Below are positions 55,322-64,000 of a stretch of 64,000 nt of DNA, piece by piece. The DNA comes from Macrostomum lignano. Taxonomy: Eukaryota. The notes under the pieces were generated by a model. The model did no database searches. It had not been told where the DNA came from and worked only from the letters and a program-made list of their open reading frames with translations. How positions within the stretch are numbered: the first letter of the stretch is position 1; every line of letters begins with the position of its first letter. The position numbers and the translations under genes were made by a program. Location: positions 1 to 64,000 of the forward strand of contig NIVC01000195.1 in the NCBI GenBank assembly GCA_002269645.1, read 5' to 3'.

Positions 55322-56765
55322 TGCCTACCCCATCCAGACCTACCCCATCCAGACCTACCCCATCCAGACCTACCCCATCCAGACCTACCCCATCCAGACC
55401 TACCCCATCCAGACCTACCCCATCCAGACCTACCCCATCCAGACCTACCCCATCCAGACCTACCCCATCCAGACCTACCCCATCCAGACCTACCCCATCC
55501 AGACCTACCCCATCCAGACCTACCCCCATCCAGACCTACCCCATCCAGACCTACCCCATCCAGACCTACCCCATCCAGACCTACCCCCATCCAGACCTAC
55601 CCCATCCAGACCTACCCCATCCAGACCTACCCCATCCAGACCTACCCCATCCAGACCTACCCCATCCAGACCTACCCCATCCAGACCTACCCCATCCAGA
55701 CCTACCCCATCCAGACCTACCCCATCCAGACCTACCCCCATCCAGACCTACCCCATCCAGACCTACCCCATCCAGACCTACCCCAACCAGACCTACCCCA
55801 TCCAGACCTACCCCATCCAGACCTACCCCATCCAGACCTACCCCATCCAGACCTACCCCATCCAGACCTACCCCATCCAGACCTACCCCATCCAGACCTA
55901 CCCCATCCAGACCTACCCCATCCAGACCTACCCCATCCAGACCTACCCCATCCAGACCTACCCCATCCAGACCTACCCCCATCCAGACCTACCCCATCCA
56001 GACCTACCCCATCCAGACCTACCCCCATCCAGACCTACCCCATCCAGACCTACCCCATCCAGACCTACCCCCATCCAGACCTACCCCATCCAGACCTACC
56101 CCATCCAGACCTACCCCCATCCAGACCTACCCCATCCAGACCTACCCCATCCAGACCTACCCCATCCAGACCTACCCCATCCAGACCTACCCCCATCCAG
56201 ACCTACCCCATCCAGACCTACCCCATCCAGACCTACCCCATCCAGACCTACCCCATCCAGACCTACCCCATCCAGACCTACCCCCATCCAGACCTACCCC
56301 ATCCAGACCTACCCCATCCAGACCTACCCCATCCAGACCTACCCCATCCAGACCTACCCCATCCAGACCTACCCCATCCAGACCTACCCCATCCAGACCT
56401 ACCCCATCCAGACCTACCCCATCCAGACCTACCCCATCCAGATCTACCCCATCCAGACCTACCCCATCCAGACCTACCCCAACCAGACCTACCCCATCCA
56501 GACCTACCCCATCCAGACCTACCCCATCCAGACCTACCCCATCCAGATCTACCCCCAGCCAGACCTACCCCATCCAGACCTACCCCATCCAGACCTACCC
56601 CCATCCAGACCTACTCCATCCAGACCTACCCCCATCCAGACCTACCCCATCCAGACCTACCCCATCCAGACCTACCCCATCCAGACCTACCCCAACCAGA
56701 CCTACCCCATCCAGACCTACCCCAACCAGACCTACCCCAACTAGACCTACCCCAACCAGACCTAC
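55322..56765. repeat. 15-bp minisatellite (cctaccccatccaga)n, roughly 95 units, just downstream of the RNF217-like stop
   Basis: Highly homogeneous tandem array; source of RPTPS/QTYPI/PDLPH ORFs. Confidence 0.97.
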
Positions 56766-56861
56766 CTCAGAGACCACAAAGAGAGTTTGGCCAATCAAAG
56801 GATAATGAAATAAAAAATCGGACAAAATGTACTGCCGGACATTCCCGATGCTCCGACAGAG

Positions 56862-58493
56862 TCATGGCAGTCTCTGCTCTCCCAGCTGCCGGCGCCGCCG
56901 CCTCTCCCTTACGGCCAGCAATGGCGCCCACACGGGGCTGGCGAGCAGCAGCAGCGGCGAGGCGGTGAGGGCGACGATGACAGCGCCGCCGATGCCGACG
57001 CCGAGTAGGCCTCGACGGATCGCGCGGCGAAGGCGCGGCCGGTCGGGCAGGAACTCGGCGCTGCAGCCGAACACGCTGAGCCGGGAGCTGTGGCCGCCCA
57101 GCAGCCGCCTGGGCAGCAGGCCGAAGTAGCGGCCCTCCTGCACGAGGCGCTTGCCGCACAGGTAGCAGAACTCCGTGCGGCACACCGTGCAGCTCACATA
57201 GCGGCAGCCGCCGTTCCGCTCGATCAGCGCCCGGCACTCCGGGCAGTGGCGCGCCCGACGACTCTCGGCGACCCCGGCGGCCTCCATGTCCGGGTCCGGG
57301 CGCATCTCGCGGCTCCAGGCGGTCAGCAGCTGGCCGTCCGAGTCGGCCGAGTCCGGGCACCGGCGGCCTGGGTGATGCGGCCCGTGGCAGGCGAAGCACC
57401 AGGCAAAGCCGCAGGCCTCGCACTCGACGTCGTTGACCCCGCTGTCCTGGTCGCGGCGGCAGACGTGGCCGCAGTCCGGGCAGGTCTTCGCGTCCGGCAG
57501 GCGCTCGGCGTCGGCCAGCAGCTGGTTGTACCGATGCAGCAGGTCCGGCCGGCCGCGCAGGCACAGCAGGCGAATCTCGTCGCGAGACAACAGGACCGGA
57601 CAGCTCGGACAGCCCACGTACGGCCGGCCCTTGGCCAGGGCGAAGCGCGTGTGGTCGGCCAGGCAGGCGGAGCAGCCCAGGAGGCGGCAGCAGCGGCGCT
57701 GGCGCACCAGGACGCTCTCGGCGAAGCAGATGCCGCACTCGCCGATGCTGATCGAACTGGGCAGGTCGCGGAAAGAGGACGCGAAGCGGTCGAGGTAATA
57801 ATCCAGGCAGGCCGCGGCGCGCAGGTCGCACACTTGGCGCCTCTCAGTCGAGCTGAACAGCAGCGAGAACTCGTAGGGCAGCGCGCCGGCTGGCGACGCC
57901 TCGAGCAGCGCCCGCATCTTGTCGCGTAGGTGAGCGCTGACGCCGCCCGCCTGGAAGAGGCTGGGCAGGTGGGCGCCGAGCGCCCGGTCGAAGGCGGCCT
58001 TGTCGAAGCGGGCCAGGCAGCTGCGACCGCTGCTGTCGAATTCCACTAGCAGTGGGTCCAGGCCCGCCGGCTCAGCCTCTGCTGTAGCCTCTGGAATTGC
58101 TGCTTCTGGAATTGCAGCTTCTGGAATTGCTGCTTCTGGAATTGCTGCTTCTGGAATTGCAGCTTCTGGAATTGCTGCTTCTGGAATTGCTGCTTCTGGA
58201 ATTGCAGCTTCTGGAATTGCTGCTTCTGGAATTGCAGCTTCTGGAATTGGTGCTTCTGGAATTGGTGCTTCTGCAATTGGTGCTTCTGAAATTGGTGCTT
58301 CTGGAATTGGTGCTTCTGCTTCTGCTTCTCCTGTAGTTTCTTCTTCCGCCGCTGCATCAGCAGCCGCCGCTTGACTCACAGACTCCAGAGGCCCTGCATC
58401 GTCGTAGTTGCTCACTCGGTCACCCCGATCAGCTTCTGAAGACGGCTTGGTCTCTTCCAGAGCGCGCAGAGATCTCGCAGCCTCCGAGACCAT
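56862..58493 (-). CDS. RNF217: RBR (RING-IBR-RING) E3 ubiquitin ligase with C-terminal TM segment, RNF217-like, intronless CDS
   Basis: ATG at 58493 (MVSEAAR). RING1 CGIC..CC..CSAC..CPSC, IBR CPDC..CEAC..WCFAC..HHPGRRC, RING2 CPEC..GGCRYVSCTVC..FCYLC, then HSSRLSVFGC..LPDRPRLRR motif typical of RNF217 and a hydrophobic tail. Confidence 0.9.
   Translation of the reverse strand: MVSEAARSLRALEETKPSSEADRGDRVSNYDDAGPLESVSQAAAADAAAEEETTGEAEAEAPIPEAPISEAPIAEAPIPEAPIPEAAIPEAAIPEAAIPEAAIPEAAIPEAAIPEAAIPEAAIPEAAIPEAAIPEATAEAEPAGLDPLLVEFDSSGRSCLARFDKAAFDRALGAHLPSLFQAGGVSAHLRDKMRALLEASPAGALPYEFSLLFSSTERRQVCDLRAAACLDYYLDRFASSFRDLPSSISIGECGICFAESVLVRQRRCCRLLGCSACLADHTRFALAKGRPYVGCPSCPVLLSRDEIRLLCLRGRPDLLHRYNQLLADAERLPDAKTCPDCGHVCRRDQDSGVNDVECEACGFAWCFACHGPHHPGRRCPDSADSDGQLLTAWSREMRPDPDMEAAGVAESRRARHCPECRALIERNGGCRYVSCTVCRTEFCYLCGKRLVQEGRYFGLLPRRLLGGHSSRLSVFGCSAEFLPDRPRLRRAIRRGLLGVGIGGAVIVALTASPLLLLASPVWAPLLAVRERRRRRQLGEQRLP
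58080..58325 (-). repeat. Coding 15-bp tandem repeat (PEAAI/PEAPI)n inside the RBR ligase
   Basis: tctggaattgctgct units in frame with the RBR ORF. Confidence 0.9.
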
Positions 58494-59019
58494 CGCCTCA
58501 GAGCGCGATTCGGTGCTATGGCTACAGCTGAGCAGTGCAGTGCGAGCCCTCACCCACAGCCGTACCTAATAAGCAACGCCCAGAGCCCCGTCCAAGTTTC
58601 GTATTGACAAGAGCTGCGCACCGGGTCTATTTTTAGACATGGCCAGCTTGTTTCAAAAATGGGCGCGCGTACAATCAACTGCGCGACCTTGGTTACAGAG
58701 TCAGCGCACTCGGTGAGTGCACCGCTGCGGTGTACATGCAGCGGTGAGAAAGAGGGAGAGAGAGAGAGAGAGTGGAAAGGAGAGAAGTCTCGCCCGCTGA
58801 GTTTCAAGTGTTAAATATCAGATTTGCTTTTTACGTCTGATATGGCTTTGCCAAATTAAGAAAATTGTTTTCATTTCTACCTTCTAGAGAATTCAAAATG
58901 ACATAACTGGCTCACAAATTGACTAAGTTTCACTCCCTTTGACGCATTTCCACACTTGAGTCACACAGGATCAAGATTCTGAATCTCAATATTAGATATA
59001 TAGATTTCATCTGTGAATG

Positions 59020-61305
59020 TGTTGGAAGTGGATTGTGAATGGGTTGGCGCTAGATTGTGAATGGGTTGGCGCTGGATTTTGAATGGGTTGGAGCTGGATT
59101 GTGAATGGGTTGGAGCTGGATTGTGAAGAGCTGGATTGTGAATGGGTTGGAACTGGATTGTGAAAGGGTTAGAACTGGATTGTGAAAAAGTTGGAACTGG
59201 ATTGTGAATGAGTTAGAACTGGATTGTGAATAAGTTGGAACTGGATTGTGAATAGGTTGGAATTGGATTGTAAATGGGTTGGAGCTGGATTGTGAATGGG
59301 TTGGAGCTGGATTGTGAATGGGTTGGAGCTGGATTGTGAATGGGTTGGAACTGGATTGTGAATGGGTTGGAGCTGGATTGTGAAGAGCTGGATTGTGGAT
59401 GGGTTGGAGCTGGATTGTGAATGGGTTGGAGCTGGATTGTGAATGGGTTGGAACTGGATTGTGAATGGGTTGGAGCTGGATTGTGAATAGGTTGGAACTG
59501 GATTGTGAATTGGTTGGCGCTGGATTGTGAATGGGTTGAAGCTGGATTGTGAATGGGTTGGAACTGGATTGTGAATGGGTTGGAGCTGGATTGTGAATGG
59601 GTTGGAGCTGGATTGTGAATGGGTTAGAACTGGATTGTGAATAGGTTGGAGCTGGATTGTGAATGGGTTGGAGCTGGATTGTGAATGGGTTGGAGCTGGA
59701 TTGTGAATGGGTTGGAGCTGGATTGTGAATGGGTTGGAACTGGATTGTGAATTGGTTGGAACTGGATTGTGAATGGGTTGGAGCTGGATTGTGAATGGGT
59801 TGGAACTGAATTGTGAATGGGTTGGAACTGGATTGTGAAGAGCTGGATTGTGAATGGGTTGGAGCTGGATTGTGAAGAGCTGGATTGTGAATGGGTTGGA
59901 GCTGGATTGTGAATGGGTTGGAACTGGATTGTGAATGGGTTTGAACTGGATTGTGAATGGGTTGGAGCTGGATTGTGAATTGGTTGGAACTGGATTGTGA
60001 ATGGGTTGGAGCTGGATTGTAAGTGGGTTGGAGCTGGATTGTGAAAGGGTTGGAACTGGATTGTGAGTGGGTTGGAGCTGGATTGTGAATGGGTTGGAGC
60101 TGGATTGTGAGTGGGTTGGAGCTGGATTGTGGATGGGTTGGAGCTGGATTGTGAATGGGTTGGAGCTGGATTGTGAGTGGGTTGGAGCTGGATTGTGAAT
60201 TGGTTGGAACTGGATTGTGAGTGGGTTGGAGCTGGATTGTGAGTGGGTTGGAGCTGGATTGTGGATGGGTTGGAGCTGGATTGTGAATGGGTTGGAACTG
60301 GATTGTGAATAAGTTGGAACTGGATTGTGAATAAGTTTGAACTGGATTGTGAATAAGTTTGAACTGGATTGTGAATAAGTTTGAACTGGATTGTGAATAA
60401 GTTTGAACTGGATTGTGAATAAGTTGGAACTGGATTGTGAGTGGGTTGGAGCTGGATTGTGAATGGGTTGGCGCTGGATTGTGAATTGGTTGGAACCGGA
60501 TTGTAAATGGGTTAGAACTGGATTGTGAATAGGTTGGAACTGGATTGTGAATGGGTTGGAGCTGGATTGTGAATAGGTTGGAATTGGATTGTAAATGGGT
60601 TGGAACTGGATTGTGGATGCGTTGGCGCTTGATTGTGAAGAGCTGGATTGTGAATGGGTTGGAGCTGGGTTGTGAATGGGTTGGAACTGGATTGTGAAAG
60701 GGTTAGAACTGGATTGTGAAAGGGTTAGAACTGGATTGTGAATAAGTTGGAACTGGATTGTGAATGAGTTAGAACTGGATTGTGAATAAGTTGGAACTGG
60801 ATTGTGAATGGGTTGGAGCTGGATTGTGAATAGGTTGGAATTGGATTGTAAATGGGTTGGAGCTGGATTGTGAATGGGTTGGAGCTGGATTGTGAATGGG
60901 TTGGAACTGGATTGTGAAGAGCTGGATTGTGAATGGGTTGGAGCTGGATTGTGAATGGGTTGGAGCTGGATTGTGAAGAGCTGGATTGTGAATGGGTTGA
61001 AGCTGGATTGTGAATGGGTTGGAGCTGGATTGTGAATGGGTTGGAGCTGGATTGTGAATGGGTTGGACCTGGATTGTGAATGGGTTGGAGCTGGATTGTG
61101 AATGGGTTGGAGCTGGATTGTGAATGGGTTGGAGCTGGACTGTGAGTGGGTTGGAGCTGGATTGTGAATGGGTTGGAGCTGGATTGTGAATGGGTTGGAG
61201 CTGGATTGTGAATGGGTTGGAGTTGGATTGTGAGTGGGTTGGAGCTGGATTGTGAATGGGTTGGAGCTGGATTGTGAATGGGTTGGAGCTGGATTGTGAA
61301 TGGGT
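59020..61305. repeat. 22-bp minisatellite (tggattgtgaatgggttggagc)n
   Basis: About 2.3 kb array upstream of RNF217-like. Confidence 0.97.
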
Positions 61306-61659
61306 TGCAGCAGCAGAGGGAGGCAGCAGGTGTTTCAGTACCCAGAGTCTAAGTAGGCAGGTGCTATTTATAACTCTGCGAAAGCAGAAGACAAAAGGGG
61401 AGGCAAGAAAGAGACAAAGCGAAAGCTGAAGTGCTCGGGCTGTTTTGCATCGCCCAGCCACAGTTGCGGATCTGCATTCGCAGCTGTATTGGGTTCCAAT
61501 CTTGCTGACGGAGCCTGAGAGCTGGAACTCTCAGCAGAGCAGTTTCTGATTTTACGAGCGGCAGGAGGGCCGCTAAAATGCGAAAATTGCAGCGATGGCT
61601 AAACTTGAGACGCAAGAGCTGCACTTCTGTGAGGGGGAAAGCTCACTCATTCTGTGCAG

Positions 61660-63055
61660 GGAGACTGGGTGTGTAATGGAGTAGACTGGGTGTGCAATGT
61701 AGTAGGCTGGGTGTGCAGTGATGTAGGCTGGGTGTGCAGTGATGTAGGCTGGGTGTGCAGTGGAGTAGGCTGGGTGTGCATTGGAGTAGGCTGGGTGTGC
61801 AATGGAGTAGGCTGGGTGTGCAGTGGAGTAGACTGGGTGTGCAGTGGAGTAGGCTGGGTGTGCATTGGAGTAGGCTGGGTGTGCAATGGAGTAGGCTGGG
61901 TGTGCAGTGGAGTAGACTGGGTGTGCAGTGGAGTAGACTGGGTGTGCAGTGGAGTAGACTGGGTGTGCAGTGGAGTAGACTGGGTGTGCATTGGAGTAGG
62001 CTGGGTGTGCAGTGGAGTAGACTGGGTGTGCATTGGAGTAGGCTGGGTGTGCAGTGGAGTAGGCTGGGTGTGCAATGGAGTAGGCTGGGTGTGCAGTGGA
62101 GTAGGCTGGGTGTGCAGTGATGTAGGCTGGGTGTGCAGTGGAGTAGACTGGGTGTGCAGTGGAGTAGACTGGGTGTGCAATGGAGTAGGCTGGGTGTGCA
62201 TTGGAGTAGGCTGGGTGTGCAATGGAGTAGGCTAGGTGTGCATTGGAGTAGGCTGGGTGTGCAGTGGAGTAGGCTGGGTGTGCAGTGGAGTAGGCTGGGT
62301 GTGCATTGGAGTAGGCTGGGTGTGCAGTGGAGTAGGCTGGGTGTGCAGTGGAGTAGGCTGGGTGTGCAGTGGAGTAGACTGGGTGTGCAGTGGAGTAGAC
62401 TGGGTGTGCAATGGAGTAGGCTGGGTGTGCAGTGGAGTAGACTGGGTGTGCAATGGAGTAGGCTGGGTGTGCAGTGGAGTAGGCTGGGTGTGCAGTGGAG
62501 TAGGCTGGGTGTGCAGTGATGTAGGCTGGGTGTGCAGTGATGTAGGCTGGTTGTGCAGTGGAGTAGGCTGGGTGTGCAATGGAGTAGGCTGGGTGTGCAG
62601 TGATGTAGGCTGGGTGTGCAGTGATGTAGACTGGGTGTGCAGTGATGTAGGCTGGGTGTGCAGTGGAGTAGGCTGGGTGTGCAATGGAGTAGGCTGGGTG
62701 TGCAGTGATGTAGGCTGGGTGTGCAGTGGAGTAGGCTGGGTGTGCATTGGAGTAGGCTAGGTGTGCAGTGGAGTAGACTGGGTGTGCAATGGAGTAGACT
62801 GGGTGTGCAGTGGAGTAGACTGGGTGTGCATTGGAGTAGGCTAGGTGTGCAGTGGAGTAGACTGGGTGTGCAATGGAGTAGACTGGGTGTGCAGTGGAGT
62901 AGGCCCAGTGGAGTAGACTGGGTGTGCAAAGGAGTAGGCTAGGTGTGCAGTGGAGTAGACTGGGTGTGCAGTGGAGTAGGCGCAGTGGAGTAGGCGCAGT
63001 GGAGTAGACTGGGTGTGCAGTGGAGTAGGCTGGGTGTGCAGTGGAGTAGACCAGG
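61660..63055. repeat. 21-bp minisatellite (agtggagtaggctgggtgtgc)n
   Basis: About 1.4 kb array; source of LHCTPSL/QWSRLGV ORFs. Confidence 0.97.
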
Positions 63056-63638
63056 GCAGAATTTTAATTTATTTTTTCCTTGTTAAAGAAAATGAAAGCA
63101 TTGAGAGGTGAAAAGTTTCGAGTTGCTGGTTCATGGGAGCGGTCACAATGTCACTAAAGCAGATATTTGACCTGCTGCTGGAGACAGTCCAGCTTGTATT
63201 TGCACTCAACAAAGTCTGGGCTTGTGTGAAGTCGCGATTTTGCTTTGACGCGAGACTCTCAAAATAAAACAAAAACAAAACAACAACTGAACTATTTACA
63301 GATTAAAAGAACACAGTTAGCTGAGCACAAAGTAACACAGTATAACATCGGCAAAGACAGATAGCACAGTTTGAGCCAGGCGAGTCTTTGTAGCTAATTG
63401 TGCGCAGTCTTTGTTCGGCAAGGCTTCTGAGCGGCACTAGAAATAGCTTTGCGCTTTAAAGCATGATTACTAGCGAACAACAGGCGACATGAAGAGTTAA
63501 ATCGGGGATTTTCTTAACCTAGATTTTTCTAAGAAAGCTCAACATCGATCTACTATACGAGCGATTCCAAGAAAGGTGAGACTTCGATGAGAACAGTTGT
63601 GCTGCCAACACAGGGCTACTGACCCCTGCTTGTGTGAT

Positions 63639-63980
63639 TCAACTGTTTTTACCGGCGGCAGCTTTGAGAGCCGCGGGCAGGCAGGTGTAGCTGGCCAGCC
63701 GCTCGCGGTGCGCCCGGTCCTGCACCCCGATGCGCTGCAGCTCCGCGTCCGTCAGGCCCTGCGCCTGCGACACGGTGGCCACGCCGGCCGCCTCGAACAG
63801 CTGGGTGTACTGGCCGAGCTGCAGGCAGGCGAGCCACTCCGCCAGCGTCGCCGGCCGCGACAGCGTCTCGTACTCGATGGGCAGCGAGGCCGGCGCCGCC
63901 GCGCTCCGCTCCAAGCTGTCGGTGGCGCCAACGGTGATCGCGGAGGCAGTGGCGCCCGCGCTCATCTGGCGGCGCGGCAC
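63639..63980 (-). CDS. Terminal exon of a protein with a C-terminal SAM domain; rest of gene beyond window end
   Basis: Acceptor cccgcag at 63981-63982; TLAEWLACLQLGQYTQLFEAAGV..LTDAELQRIGVQDRAHRERL is a canonical SAM signature. Confidence 0.85.
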   Translation of the reverse strand: MPRRQMSAGATASAITVGATDSLERSAAAPASLPIEYETLSRPATLAEWLACLQLGQYTQLFEAAGVATVSQAQGLTDAELQRIGVQDRAHRERLASYTCLPAALKAAAGKNS

Positions 63981-64000
63981 CTGCGGGCTGCTGCTAGCGC

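Noticed and set aside
11202-63055. Long repetitive ORFs (e.g. 14580..16163, 35853..37118, 38458..39366, 41042..42143, 55222..56805, 61643..62929)
   Set aside because: They are translations of stop-free minisatellites lying in introns or intergenic DNA; flanking exons splice around them in phase.
11160-63055. Tandem arrays as CRISPR arrays
   Set aside because: Units are directly adjacent with no unique spacers, there are no cas genes, and the context is eukaryotic.

Overview
Eukaryotic (animal) genomic DNA. GC3-rich exons, introns filled with intron-specific minisatellites, DNA-transposon remnants and a flatworm-type neuropeptide precursor suggest a free-living flatworm such as Macrostomum (inference, not verified). 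Genes I could reconstruct by hand: terminal exon of an NK7-type homeobox gene (+); an intronless divergent G-protein beta subunit (-); a 7-exon ankyrin-repeat protein ending in a polybasic CaaX tail hidden by a frameshift (-); an orphan CDS (-); a 7-exon RNF13/RNF167 PA-TM-RING ligase (-) head-to-head with a 5-exon Nova/pasilla KH protein (+, one GC-AG intron); 6-exon LMBRD2 (-); a 2-exon QIFRL/YHFFRL neuropeptide precursor (-); an intronless RNF217-like RBR ligase (-); the last exon of a SAM-domain protein (-). Mobile DNA: a decayed mariner, a decayed Tc1/maT-like element, five MITEs with TIRs and target-site duplications, SINE-like and Helitron-like remnants. About 20 tandem arrays are present. 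Most long ORFs in the supplied track are repeat or antisense artefacts. No prokaryotic features, rRNA, intact tRNA or CRISPR arrays were seen. The most interesting observations are the neuropeptide precursor, the CaaX-ankyrin protein, sharply bounded AT-rich CpG-poor domains at gene 5' ends, and intronic arrays built from splice-signal or transcription-factor motifs. All coordinates were read by eye and may be off by a few bases.
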